Shown piece after piece: positions 14,701-28,870 of a DNA stretch of 64,000 nt. The translations under genes were made by a program, and so were the position numbers. This DNA comes from Eledone cirrhosa. Its lineage: Eukaryota. Within the stretch, counting starts at the first letter, position 1. The number at the start of each line of letters is the position of its first letter. A model generated the notes under the pieces. It was not told where the DNA came from. It searched no databases and saw nothing but the letters and a program-made list of their open reading frames with translations. The DNA lies in NCBI GenBank assembly GCA_964016885.1, contig OZ024740.1, forward strand, positions 179,304,001 through 179,368,000, given 5' to 3'.

Positions 14701-16109
14701 TTATGCGATACATCATAGTGAGGATGGCTAAACTTGTGATAACGACGAACACGATACTTGGCGGCTGTCCCCATGGAAGACATTTTCTGAACCCTTTTCA
14801 GTGAATGGATTGCTACAATGTTGAGTGACATCTGCTCAATGGTCAGAGTGAACGGTTACCTATCACAACAGTTCAATATCATGTGATTGTTCAACCAAAC
14901 TAGTCCTTGCTCGTTCCACATGTATGTACTGACTAGATTAACCTATGCACACATTTGAACGTCAAAGTGAAGCTAATAGTAGTGACACTTTGACATTTTC
15001 TTCTTACATTTATATTGAATGTAATCGTATTATGCGCACTGTTTTCTTTATATATTTTCCTGTAAACATTGTTATATATCGATACACATACACAGAAACA
15101 CCCTTTTAATAGTTACAATTAATACACCACGAAACAACTACCTATTGGCTGCATTTCCAATTCACATCTTGATGCTGACCGTCAAACGTCTATTAGTCTC
15201 GTTGATTTCGTTACCAACTGGACAAACACTCAACGCACATTCACGAGGAAACCGAGGACGGGGAGAGATTGAAATATATTAAATTGGCATAGATTGAAAA
15301 AGAAACAGGGAGGTAAGATAGAGAGACAAGGTAATAAGTATTATAATACATTAACAAACGCCAAACTGTCAAAGAATTACGTTTTAGCAGATACAAATAC
15401 AAAAGATCTAGCAAAAATCGATTACTAAAATAGAGAAAACGCAAGGAAACATTCAAATGAATGAACTAACTGTTTTTAGATTGCAACCGATTGTTACTAT
15501 TAAACTGAATAAGACATAAAGGAGCAATAGAAATAAAATGTTGAAAAACAACATACGAATACTTAATATATAATCAAAAACTAAAAATATAAACCAGTAA
15601 GTATTCGAGAAAAGAAAATGGAAAATTATACACACACACAATTGCATACGCGCACATATACACAATACATAGATTCAACCACACAGCTAGGCATATAAGT
15701 ATATATATAAGCATGTATGTATGTATCTGCTGTTGGATGTATAAAACTAAGTATCTATGTATTTCTGTATGTATTTATGTATGTATTTATGTATGTGTGT
15801 GTATGTATGTGTGTATTTATGTATATATGTATGTATGTGTGTATGTATGAATGTATGTATAGTATATTTTTATTTATGTATTTATGTATGTATTTATGAA
15901 TGTATGCATGGTATAGTATGGTATGTATGTATTTATATATATAAGTATGTGTGTATGTATGCATATATGTATGGTATGTAGATATTTATGTATTTATGAT
16001 TGTATGTATTTATGTATGTATTGAATGGTATGGTATGGTATGTATGTATGTATGTATGTATGTATGTATGTATGTATGTATGTATGTATGTATGTATGTA
16101 TGTATGTAT

Positions 16110-16660
16110 GTGGGTCGTTGGCGACTAAACTGGCAACCCCACCAAGGTTTCTTGGTGAGGAGGGTGACTTTGGACATCCTGCAGGACTAAACACAAAACC
16201 TGTCAAAGGGCAAAGGAGCTCTTAAGAGTCAATGGCCATCCAAAATCACCGGGAGAGATGACCACTTAGCCTTTGTCAAGGCAGAATTCTAGGAGAAGGA
16301 AAACTCTGATATAACACCTGCAACCCTGATGGTATCCAATGATGTTGACTTGTTCTTCTTTTTGGTAAATATCATCTTGGTTAAGAGAGTGGGACTGGCT
16401 TTGTGCAGTGCCTTTGCTCACTATAAAAGTTTCACGGCACAGGCATTGCTTCATATCTGGAGATCTCTCTGCACTTGTCATCACATTTTACCATGGGCCC
16501 AGCACTATGTGTCAATAATTGTCACAAGTGAAGTGTTTGTACCAGAGTTTTCAAGTCGCTGGCTGGACTAAAAAGTCACACTTGTTCAGCGCATCGGTAG
16601 GGGTTCTCCTACATGGATATAAAGTAGTGGCCGTACTCGAAAACGAGTTGGCAGCCACCA
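16110..16660 (+). mobile_element. Non-autonomous RTE-derived element with a (TATG)n tail
   Basis: Contains CTAGGAGAAGGAAAACTCTGAT, a motif recalled from RTE 5' UTRs; 3' end TGGCCGTACTCGAAAACGAGTTGGCAGCCACCATG matches the RTE 3' end at 17841-17880. Confidence 0.6.
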
Positions 16661-16724
16661 TGTATGTATGTATGTATGTATGTATGTATGTATGTATGTA
16701 TGTATGTATGTATGTATGTATGTA

Positions 16725-17880
<1,156 letters not shown>

Positions 17881-18496
17881 TATGTATGTCTGCATGTATG
17901 TATGTATATGTAGAAATAAATATATGTGTAACTGTTAAGCTATATCTGTTAAACAAACCTATATCTGGAACTGTCTAATGTTTCAGAATATAGCAAGGTG
18001 TTAATTAAATAATTATTTACTATCGAGTGTTTCCTAAGAAATATTTAATAAAAGTCATTTATACTCGATAATTCATTTGTCTATTATCTATCTGTTAGCT
18101 TTATTTAACTCAATAGTAAAACGTTTGACATTGTGCAAATGGAATGTCTGAGGTGTTCGAATAGGAGCGTAGATAGTTGAAAAAAGAATGCAAAGGTGGG
18201 GTGGGAGGTGGGGGTGTAAATATTAGACGAAGTCTGGAAAGAGAAAGCGTGAAATGAAGCGAGAGTTAGACACACACACACTCATTCATCCCCCCCCCCC
18301 CACGACACACATATATATATATATCGTATATATACAACAACTATATATGCGTATGGGAATGTATATATATATATAACATTTAAATGTCGAGTTAATTTGT
18401 ATTCACCATTCCATCTGTAGGCTTTATATATCCCCTAAATTTTAACACATAATATTCATGTGCATATCTCTACTTACTGTTATATATATATGTATA

Positions 18497-18564
18497 GGAA
18501 AATGTTCAAGACCCCGACGGCAGAGCTCAAGCCGTTCCGACGGCTAGCCGTCGAAAAGGCTTCG

Positions 18565-18567
<3 letters not shown>
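18497..18567. mobile_element. Tiny fold-back of the 51-kb PLE family HHR 3' half
   Basis: GACCCCGACGGCAGAGCTCAAGCCGTTCCGACGGCTAGCCGTCGAAAAGGCTT between (TA)n tracts; related piece at 21261-21306 (plus). Confidence 0.6.
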
Positions 18568-18619
<52 letters not shown>

Positions 18620-18620
<1 letters not shown>

Positions 18621-20552
18621 TTAGGGTAAATATTGATGCAATTCAATTCAAGCACTCAACGTAATTTTTCCACATAGGACTGACGGAGTATATATCGAAT
18701 AAGAAAAAGCGAAGAAGTTTCAGATGTTAAAGTCCTTTAATAATAATGCTGTGATACATATTTCAATGACAACAGTGGCGACACGGTTCAGTGCGCCCAG
18801 TGCCGTGACATCATCAGACAGCTTGTTACATAATACGGTTATGTTTCCGAACAATCCAAATTGAATCGACATGGGAACAAACAAAGCGTGTGCTCTTGAG
18901 TTCTTCGCCCGTTCCTTTGTGAGTCCCAATTCACCCCCACCGGTCTGCGCAGGCGCAAGTCAGAAGGAAGTTGACCATCAACTACCGCAGAGTTCTACGA
19001 AACTCGCCTAGGCAGGTCCCCCTCTCAACCAAACAATGACCCCATCCAGACCTGTAATATGACACGGTTATAGCTTACTGCTAGCCACACTGTTAGTGGC
19101 AGCCGGCCGAAAGCTAGTGGGGGTGGGAGAGTATGAGTATCAATAGGTCTCAATACTACCCCTAAGTTAAACATGGACAGTAGAATTGACCATCAACCAC
19201 TAAGAGAATATATACTTATTTCTAGGTATTATGGTTCCACAGTGGAAATTATGAATGAGAGCTGGAAATTAACACTAAAAATTAAAAATCAACCGATACA
19301 GTGGAGAAGCGAAGAACGAGCCATCAGTTACACCCGGAAATTCCCTCTACCATGGGGATGGACTACACACACTGGAAATCCCTGATACTGGACAGACATA
19401 AAATTATAAACTAACTTTCGATAGGATCAATACGCGGAAATAAAAACAACGATAAACCCCTATTTTCCGGCAGAACATTGCATCTGCACAGAGGCCTTGA
19501 ACAGAAGCCCCCTCACTTCACCTGATAAGAAATCTTTATATGGAAAAATTGACAATCATATTAACCACATATACCCTCATTTCCATGCAGTTTAACTTCT
19601 TCGCATATGTTTCTCATATATATCTCCTATCTCATTTTTACATATGTATCTCCTATCTCATTTTGCATCTATGTATTTTATGTATCTTTTGTATTTTTTG
19701 TGTATGTCATACTTTGCATTTTTTTTTTGTTCCATGTGATAGAGATATTAACTATGTATTCGCCTAACTACTACGCTTCATACTGTACGGTACTATCGTT
19801 CCATATGTAGATAATATATCTGTAACATTGATCCCACTTTCAAAACTTCTTACTATAACTTAAACATCTCCCTATTTATTAGTGATTATATGTACATATA
19901 TTTTTTACTTACTTCAATCTAGATTCTAACTCGTAATTTATTTAATTTTTGATTTTTGATTTTTAATTTTAGTGTTAATTTCCAACTCTCATTCATAATT
20001 TCCACTGTGGAACCATAATACCTAGAAATAAGTATATATTCTCTTAGCGGTTGATGGTCAATTCTACTGTCCATGCTTAATTTGGGGGTAGTATTTAGAC
20101 CTATTGATACTCATACTCTCCCACCCCACTAGCTTTCGGCCGACTGAAACTAACAGAGCGGCTAGCAGTAAGCTATAACCGTGTCATATTACAGGCCTGG
20201 ATGGGGTCATTGTTCGATTGAGAGGGGAACCTGCCTAGGCGAGTTTCGTAGAACTCTGCTGCGATAGTTGATGGTCAACTTCCTTCTGACTTGCGCCTGC
20301 GCAGACCGGTGGGGGTGAATTGGGACCCACAAGGGAACGGGCGAAGAACTCAAGAGCACACGCTTTGTCCGTTCCCATGTCGATTCAATTTGGATTTCCT
20401 CGAAAACATAACCTTATTATGTAACAAGATGTCTGATGATGTCACGGAACTGGGCGCATTGAACCGTGTGGCCACTGTTGTCATTGAAATATGTATCACA
20501 GCATTATTATTAAAGGACTTTAACATCTGAAACTACTTCGCTTTTTCTTATT
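18620..20552. mobile_element. Large PLE fold-back with ~600-bp inverted pLTR-like arms
   Basis: Arms ~18693-19292 / 19954-20552, tail 18620-18692; spacer begins with IQWRSEERAISY, resembling a decayed GIY-YIG C-terminus; flanked by (TA)n. Confidence 0.85.
18748..18822 (-). ncRNA. Type-I hammerhead ribozyme; mirror copy at 20428-20502 (plus)
   Basis: GCTGT-CTGATGA-long stem II-GAAA-TATGTA-TC-ACAGC; stem I GCTGT/ACAGC. Confidence 0.75.
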
Positions 20553-20574
20553 CTATATATATATATATATATAT

Positions 20575-20895
20575 CCAAAATTAAATTAAGTGTCTCATGT
20601 CTGAGAGGCATGCGCCATATCCATTGCAGAATAAACTCAAAGATTCCAATGAATAGATCCGACCATTTCATATCAACTAGAAATATATTGACATATGTAT
20701 ATATAAAATGAACATATGAAACAATCACAGGGAATAATTTGTAAAGTATGTAAGCACACATCGCTAGGTAGGTAACTAATTAAAGTTTAACTAGAACTTC
20801 AAATATAGATACCTTTTAAAATGATTAATCTCCTTTCTATATATTTCTTTAAATAAAAAATATATTTCACAAATTAATCGGTAAATCACAGTAGT

Positions 20896-20898
<3 letters not shown>
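20575..20898 (-). mobile_element. PLE-type remnant, family D
   Basis: Reverse complement of 8395-8727. Confidence 0.75.
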
Positions 20899-20977
<79 letters not shown>

Positions 20978-21303
20978 CAAGAAAGTACTTACATAGAATC
21001 ATTTGATAAAATATATACAGTATTTCCTCTCCCAATCAGCATAATCAACCACACAAAAAATCAATTAAACAAGGCTATAAGATTAAAAAGCACCTAACAA
21101 TAAATAAATAAACGATAGGTATTTTATCCGTGATCAACAGCCACAGAATATTTACCCAGTATGTCTAATAGCCCGTGGAAATCGATTAGATATATAGCTA
21201 ACCATACACAATTAGGTACAAAATCAAAGTTAGAAGAAATATATATATATATAATGAAAAGTCGAAGCGGCTTGATCTCTGCCGTCGTGGTCTTGAACAT
21301 TTT

Positions 21304-21348
<45 letters not shown>

Positions 21349-21850
21349 CGAAGGAAATGTGGTAAAGAACCAGATGGACCATAACGCACCAAAGTACACA
21401 ATACTTAGGGTAGTAGAGTGGGTAATAGGAAAGAGTAGGACCCCAACGGCTGAGCTCAAGCCGTTTCGACGGCTAATTCTGGACTAAATGAAAATGTTTA
21501 TCCTGGTACATGATTAGCCGAGCTTCTCAGGGGGTAATTCCATATATGGTAAAAGTGATTGTCACAAGGATTGGTCAAAAGTTTGTTGTTGAGACACATA
21601 ATTCTATCATGGCAATTTGTGGGAGGAAGGGGTAGCTGAACCTGCCAGTAGAAGAAAGAGGGAGAGGGAGGGGAGGAAACCACAGCAGGATCCTAAGGGA
21701 AGGAGGTGAAGAAAGTATACTAGGGAGGGGGAGGCGGAGGAAGTAGAAACAGTAAGTAAATCAATATGGAGTAAATATATAGAAGAATAATAAGAATGTT
21801 AAAAATATAAACAATTTCTGGTTACTATTCCCTTACCACCATCATCAATC
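21349..21850 (-). mobile_element. PLE 3' end, same family as 51046-53390, with a tail extension
   Basis: 21427-21830 aligns to 51044-51490; variant HHR at 21440-21535. Confidence 0.85.
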
Positions 21851-22025
21851 TTATATTTAAGTAACAGCCGTACTAAGAGTGGGAAATGAAATTTTGTTTC
21901 ATTTTACCCGTTTATCGTTTTCGGTGCACCCGGCCGATTAACCCACTTGATATGCAAATTGGGCTACTCAGCCGTTAATATGCATAAGGTAAGTATATAC
22001 GTTCAACAATCTGGCAGGAAGGTAT

Positions 22026-22068
22026 ACGTTGCTGACGATAGCTAACAAGCTTGAAACTAGTACAGCGT
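22026..22068 (+). ncRNA. Minimal type-I hammerhead ribozyme
   Basis: ACGTTG-CTGACGA-TAGCT AACA AGCTT-GAAA-CTAG-TA-CAGCGT; stem I ACGTTG/CAGCGT, palindromic stem III. Confidence 0.85.
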
Positions 22069-24296
22069 TCTTTTGTCAGTGTTGAACAAACGAGCAACGA
22101 TGGTTGCTCGACACTACGGCTTAATACGGGATGTTTGTTTACAAACACCGAGCCTTATAATAAATGTTCGGTGAATCTATACGTACATATATATATGTGT
22201 GCATGTATGTATATATATATACATACTACTGTACGTCTGTATACATATATGTATGTACGTGTACATACTTATATATAATATATATTATATTATATTATCA
22301 ATTTATGTTCATATACGGGGAAAAAACCATGCAAGAGGAATCAAAACTGTGACTTAATCTTCAAGCTATTGTTATATATATGAATTTCTCATTGTCCCAA
22401 TGTCTTAATTCATTTGGGCAGTAACACTTAAAAGTGTAAAATAAAAAAATCTTCTAAAAGGAGGTGGTTATTGACAAACAACCATTTAGAATAATAGTTA
22501 AGCACTTGCTTTGCAATCGAGGTGTTCGGTTCATCGCACGTGTCACTGTTCACCTTTCTTTCGTTTCCAAGTTTCCTTTACTCGATTTTCAGCTATTATT
22601 TATAATGATCGACTGTCGCCATAGTCATTTACGTCGGAACCACTACATTCCAGTGTTAACATGTGTGTGTGTTGTTTTCGTGTGTCAGTGTGTGGTGTTT
22701 GTGTGTCAGTATGTGTGTGAATGTGTTCTTTACGCTAAGCTTGTGTCTTTCTCTCATATATCTCTGCCACTTTCAGAATGGAACGTTTTATGCCTCCCGT
22801 CCTTTTCCCGAATCTCTGCTCTTTTCCCTAAAGTCAATTTCAGTAAGGAAGCTAAAGGGCTGTGACTGGAATGAATGGGCGACTGTCAATCTTATAGAAA
22901 AACACCTTGCTCGGACTTGTGCGTTGGAGCGGAACTTTCTAGGTGCAAAACCCGATGTCATATCTGACCTAAGGGCGTTTTAGTCATAAATACCAATAAA
23001 ACGTTGTTGTTGGTCACGGCTAGAATGACTTTCATCATAGATCTGCAGTTAAGTAACACCTGGTAAACAAGCTGATTTTACACAAAATAATAACATTAAC
23101 ATCCAATGGGTTATTTAGTTCTGGCGCATATATGCATAGGTCATCAGTAAAGGCCATTGTGGGAAGATGTACATTCATTACTGCAGGAATAGTAGAATTA
23201 GTAGTAGTAAAAACCATAGCAGTAATAGTATTACTAGTAGTAGTAGTAGTGGTGGTGGTGGTGGTAGAAGTAGTGGTAATGGTGGTGGTGGTGGTAGTGT
23301 AGTAGTAGTAGTAGTAGTAGTAGTAGTTAGTGTCGTTGTTGTTCTTGTCGTAGTAGTAGTTGTGGTTCTAGCTGTAGGTATAGCAGATGGAAAACTACTT
23401 CAGTTGTAGTTGACAGCTGAGATTTTAATTTAGTTGGCTAACTGCCAGCAAGGTGTCAGCGAAATATCCTAAAAAATCCCAATGAATCGATAAATTAGGC
23501 CTTAGGTTCTTAACCTGAAAGTTAGCTCCTGCTGTGAAATGTCTCAGAGGTATAACTAAATCCAGTCTTACAGACAGAATACATAAAATTAAAGAAGTTA
23601 TACGTCTGAAGATTAGTTAGCAATTTGTTTTTTGCTTTTGGTTTTGTTTTAATTTCATTTTTGTAATAGTATTTTTACTTATTTTTTCTTCTTCTCATCT
23701 GTACATTGGCACAAAAATAAGTTTTAAATTCTATATTTTGAATATTGTCTGAATGAATGTATTTATTTACTCATTATCTTTATATCGACGCTGAATTGCC
23801 GAATGGTTTTAGAAATGAACTTCGCCACTATGAGGTCCCAGGTTCGGTCTCATTGCGTGTTGTTTTATTTTTCAGAAAAAAATATTTTAAAGTTTTGGTT
23901 CGAGCTAATCACTGTAAGTAGAATTGAAAAGACAGCAATTTTACAGAATCCAGTCAGATTAATTGATCCTTTAATGCCAGTGTCCATCCTTGTCACACAT
24001 TATGTTATGCCGGATCTGTTCTAGAGTTACGTCAGGGGAATGCTCAGAGTTAATTTCATGAAAAGGTAGTTTAGTTGATCGAACGACTAAATGTTCATAG
24101 TTGAAACATAAGGAAATATACTATATTTATATGCATTTATTTCAGTGGTGAATTGCTAGGTTTATTAGAGCATCGGATTATGCCATTGTTGTATTTACTG
24201 GGACTGTCTGCATCACTCAGTTCAAATCTCGTCGAACTCAATAAAGTATTTATCCAGTACTGTGATTGATTTCTTCTGTTTATCATTATCGATATT

Positions 24297-24690
24297 TGGA
24301 CGCCATGCTTTCTAGCATAATTACGTCCCTTTACAGTCTGAGTTCAAATCCCGCCGAGGTTAACTTTGCCTTTCATCCTTACGAGGTCGATAAAATAAAG
24401 TACCAGTAATTTACTGGATAATTGCTGGCCTTGTGCCTAAAGTAGAAACAATTATCTATATTATACACAGCGCGGTTGATTGGCAGTATGGGTAGAGCGT
24501 AGGACATCATGCTTCGTGGCATAGTATTACGGCCTTTTACTTTCTGATTTCAAATCCCACCGAGGTTAGCGTCGCCTTTCATCCTATGGGATAGATAAAT
24601 ACAGCACCAGTATTGCACTGGGGTCGATTTAATCGACTTTATCCTCCTCTTCAAATTGCTGGCCTTGTGCCTAATGTAGAAACAATTATC
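24297..24690 (+). mobile_element. Two tandem SINE family A copies
   Basis: 24297-24455 and 24478-24690 both carry the B-box, core and AGAAACAATTAT end. Confidence 0.85.
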
Positions 24691-25957
24691 TATGTTACAC
24701 ACGGTATTTTTGGAAAAGTTCCTCTGTGGGCAGACCTGGTAGGTCTAGATTCCCAAGACACGTTGCATGTTCTAACTCGACAGAATCGTTTAAACAAAAT
24801 ACTCTCATAAGTCTCAGTACATATCTCTATTCATGGATTATGATATTCATGGATTATGATATTCATGGATTATGTTATACTTTATTATGTTCATGTTAAA
24901 TAAACACACATTGGTTTCATGCGTCGTTGAGAGATAAACATTGCTTCATTATATTTTCGTTACATTATACTCCCTACCGATAGATAAATGTAACCTTGTT
25001 GCTCATAAATTATATGCAAAGACTTTTAATCCAGATATTATTCTTCGTACCAGAGAAAGTTTCAGATAAATATCTTTGGATCTAAATTTCTTAATTTATT
25101 TGGTTAAAAAACAGACACATCAATAATTAAAAGAAAAACAAAAGAAGTGTGCATTTTTGAAATATTTTCTTCAAAAGTTTTCTGTTTCCGTTGATGCCAA
25201 ATAAATATCTTCATTTACATTATAATATATTAACAAAAAAAAAAAATGTTTTTAATTACTACTAGCTATTGACTTAATTTTACTGATCAAAAGTACATTG
25301 GTATTGTATTGCATAATTAAAGTCAAATGTAATTTATTGGTTATTTCCACATAAATTAACATATCCGTTATACTTAATGCCAGTTGTCTAACGATTCTCT
25401 AACAGGATGTTTCGATATCTATGTGTGAAATATTTTACTAAATTATTTTGTCCCCATAAAAAATCGAAACAATAGTAAATAATAAATCATGTGCAAATGC
25501 CCCTCTTTTTCCGTCCAGGGGAGTTATACGCCTCATTATTACACCACATTGCATAGTCAATGTTACGGTGAAGCTTCTATTTCGATTCCAATAATAATTC
25601 ATATATTTATATAATTCATCCTTTTAATCAGAGATAAATATGTTAATATATACAGTCACTTGTATGCATTTAAAGAACAAATTAACTGCCAGCATTCTGA
25701 TATAAAACTGCTTAAATAACTCATTTGCAGCTACTATGTTTGATTTAACTGCATGCAATATTAATCCTGTAATATTACAATCTTTTTCTTCAATTTTTTG
25801 CTCACACTGGGAAAAATGATACCCTCTCTCTTTTTCTTTGTTCCTCTCTGTCATTTTTATGAACACTATGAATTCATCCATGTATGGTTGCAACTGCGTT
25901 CGCTATTTTCTCGTATAAACTGGTAGGATACATATAAACTAAGATCCTATCAACTAC

Positions 25958-25988
<31 letters not shown>

Positions 25989-26087
25989 TATGGGTGTGTG
26001 TGTGTGTGTTTGTATATATATATATATATAAATATAAAGCGATGAAGTTTTGTTTACATTTTTCTATTGGTTGCCACAAGGTCAACT

Positions 26088-26425
26088 ATGAATGCTATAG
26101 ACCTGACTGCTGGAGTCAGGTCTATGGGCATCCATTTCAAGGGACCCCAGCTTTTTAATAAGATGCCAAAGAGTCTGAGAGATCTGCATGGTGTGCATGT
26201 GGATGTTTTCAAGAGACATTTCGACACTTTGCTGACCGGGATCCCGGATGAACCCACTGCAAGAGGCGAAGCGAAAATAAGAGAAACTACAAGAAACTCA
26301 CTTTTGCATCAATGGCCAAATGGCCAACCGGGGAAAACTGGCTGTAGAAAGTGTAGCATCAATAGCGCTTCCCCAGCATGACCTCAGCCTATCGACTGGA
26401 ACATGTAATAAAGTAATAGAGTAAA
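26088..26425 (+). mobile_element. CR1-group LINE 3' fragment
   Basis: GPQLFNKMPKSLRDL...FKRHFDTLLTGIPDEP...NSLLHQ C-terminal motif; short GTAATAAA-type tail. Confidence 0.7.
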
Positions 26426-26539
26426 ATTAAACTTCATAGCCTTTTCGTAATATGTACACTCTGCCTGTGCATCGAGTGAACATATTTGTACCACCACTGA
26501 ATAATCTATTATATATATACTGACCTAAGGGAAATAGAA

Positions 26540-26935
26540 ATAAATAGATAAATATATACACAAGTACAATAACAACAAACACACACACCAAACAAAAAAC
26601 ACAAACGCCAATACATGCGCAAACAGAGACAGAGACAAGAATAAATAAATAAAATAAAAATGGCGTAGACATTACAAACATAATAGGAGGAACCATAATA
26701 GTACCACTGAGGATGTCACAGATGTGTGACGAAAGAACTTTGATAGACAATATATATTATTTATCTGTATTTTTAACCGTTGGTAAAGATAAAGATTGAT
26801 TGTCAGATAAATTAAATATGGAGATATAAAAGATACAGAAGCGAAAACCAAACCAAACCAAACAGTGAGCGTGCTTTATTATTATTTCTGCCAATATTAT
26901 AACAATATGACCCTCCCCAAATATAACAATATATA
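26540..26935 (+). mobile_element. PLE 3' end (family E relative) with a decayed HHR at 26703-26744
   Basis: CTGAGGA-TGTCACAGATGTGTGAC-GAAA-GAAC; homologous to 8980-9320. Confidence 0.75.
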
Positions 26936-26984
26936 TATATTGATATATATATATATATATATTTGTGTGTGTGTGTGTATGTGG

Positions 26985-27036
<52 letters not shown>

Positions 27037-27557
27037 TATGTTTGTGTGTGTGCACGTATAATTTCGTGCGCGCAATGTGTACGTATTCTTCACAGAAATC
27101 CACCAAGACCTGTATCTCTGAGAGCATAATAACATTCGTCAATTATAAGTTCTTGTAAACAAACTCTGTCTACTACAAGAGTTCAAGCAAATTTGTTAGA
27201 AACACTTTTGTAAAAATTTGTTTGAAAAATTTAATATTATTATATTAATTTCTAAAATCTTTCTTTGAAACTGAAATATCTTCAAGATGAAATAAAACAC
27301 CGAAAGAACAGTTCATACTTTTCTAGATTTTTTTTTATTACTTTTATGAGTAGCAGCTGAATTGCAGTGGTATTATTTACAGTGGTATCAGACATGATTT
27401 CTAAATATTCCAAGTGAATAAAGAAAAATATAAGAATTATGAAAAAATAAATTAAATTTGCTATCATATGACGAATGATGTACGGTTGACTAGATGAAAC
27501 ATGCACACACGTGCATACCCACTCACACACAAACGGCCTTACAATTTTATAAATATA

Positions 27558-27639
<82 letters not shown>

Positions 27640-27640
<1 letters not shown>

Positions 27641-27985
27641 CTGGTTTGGGTGAGCTGTAGTGTTTGAGTATAGGTTTCAACATTAAACATCTGTTTTCTA
27701 GATTGTGTTACGCGCGTTTCGCAGATGATTGGTTCAAGTTGACCCATAGTAGTTATGGATCCGACTCCAGTTTCGATCTATTCTTCAGACTGGTGATGCC
27801 ACAAATGATGCGACAAAAATAATCTTTTGTCGCATCACCAATCTGAGGAGCAGATGAATACTGGAGTCGGGTCCGTAACTCCTATGAGTCACCTTGAGCC
27901 AATCCCCTGGGAAACGGGCGCAACAGGTCGATACGCAGTAAATATTTTTCATATGTAAAGGAAAGTTCCTCGTTTTTTCTATTAT
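27640..27985. mobile_element. Older PLE fold-back with complementary HHR remnants in both arms
   Basis: Arms ~27706-27800 / 27825-27928; consensus of the arms gives ACCAGT-CTGAGGA-GCAGATG...CATCTGC-GAAA-CGCGCG-TA-ACAGGT. Confidence 0.7.
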
Positions 27986-27991
27986 ATATAC

Positions 27992-28039
<48 letters not shown>

Positions 28040-28045
<6 letters not shown>

Positions 28046-28540
28046 TATTAAAAACAATGAATAAAAACAAAGAACAAGTTCCTTATATTAAAAAATTCAT
28101 CATTTTACGATCATTTCTAGGATATATATGTGTGTTGGTATGTATATCATATAGATCTATGTAAACATTTTACAAACTATCAGAGCAAATATACATACCT
28201 TCACATATATATGCTGTCTTCAGAAATAATTTATTTTTTGAAGACAGCATATATATGTGAAGGTATGTATATTTCCTCTGATAGTTTGTAAAATTTTTAC
28301 ATAGATCTATATGATATACATACCAACACACATATATATCCTAGAAACGATCGTAAAATGATGAATTTTTTAATATAAGGAACTTGTTCTTTGTTTTTAT
28401 TCATTGTTTTTAATAATTTATCTTGACTCTGTTTTCCTGTGATTTTCATCGAAAATTTTTGAATGCATCTTCTCTTTTCATGATATTTGGATTACATTGA
28501 GTTCTTCATACGGATTGGACACTACCGTACATTTTGGTAG
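28040..28540. mobile_element. PLE fold-back: near-perfect ~380-bp palindrome plus tail
   Basis: Arms 28040-28227 / 28232-28421, centre near 28230; tail to 28540. Confidence 0.85.
28102..28227 (-). ncRNA. Type-I hammerhead with ~100-nt stem II; mirror copy at 28234-28358 (plus)
   Basis: ATTT-CTGAAGA-CAGCATATATATGTG...CACATATATATCCTA-GAAA-(C/T)GATCG-TA-AAAT. Confidence 0.65.
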
Positions 28541-28568
28541 ATTTATCTATCTATCTATCTATATATAT

Positions 28569-28870
28569 ATTATGAAGAGAGAGGACACATTAGATATAAT
28601 TAGTAATAAGATATATCATACCCAACTGCTTCTTTAGTCCCCGACTACGTAGTTTCGTGGCATATTATGCAAAAACACTACATCACAGAGATATAAAATT
28701 TTTAAAGAAGCAGTTGGGTATGATATATCTTATTACTAATTATATCTAATGTTTCTTCTCTTTATAATGTATTATATAGCTCTGATACTGAATCAATCTA
28801 ATCCATTCGGATTGGTTTGTCCCAGTTATTCATAGAGCAACATCGGTTGAGGTTGGTACCACTAACTCAA
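28569..28870. mobile_element. PLE-type fold-back with a degenerate HHR (28639-28690, minus)
   Basis: Arms 28569-28637 / 28703-28768; minus strand CAC-GAAA-CTACGTAG-TC-GGGG. Confidence 0.6.

Noticed and set aside
13900-14990. GC-richer segments that could be coding or LTR-derived
   Set aside because: Stops in the frames I examined and no recognisable motif
24830-24875. 16-bp tandem triplication TTCATGGATTATGATA
   Set aside because: Ordinary minisatellite slippage with no associated structure
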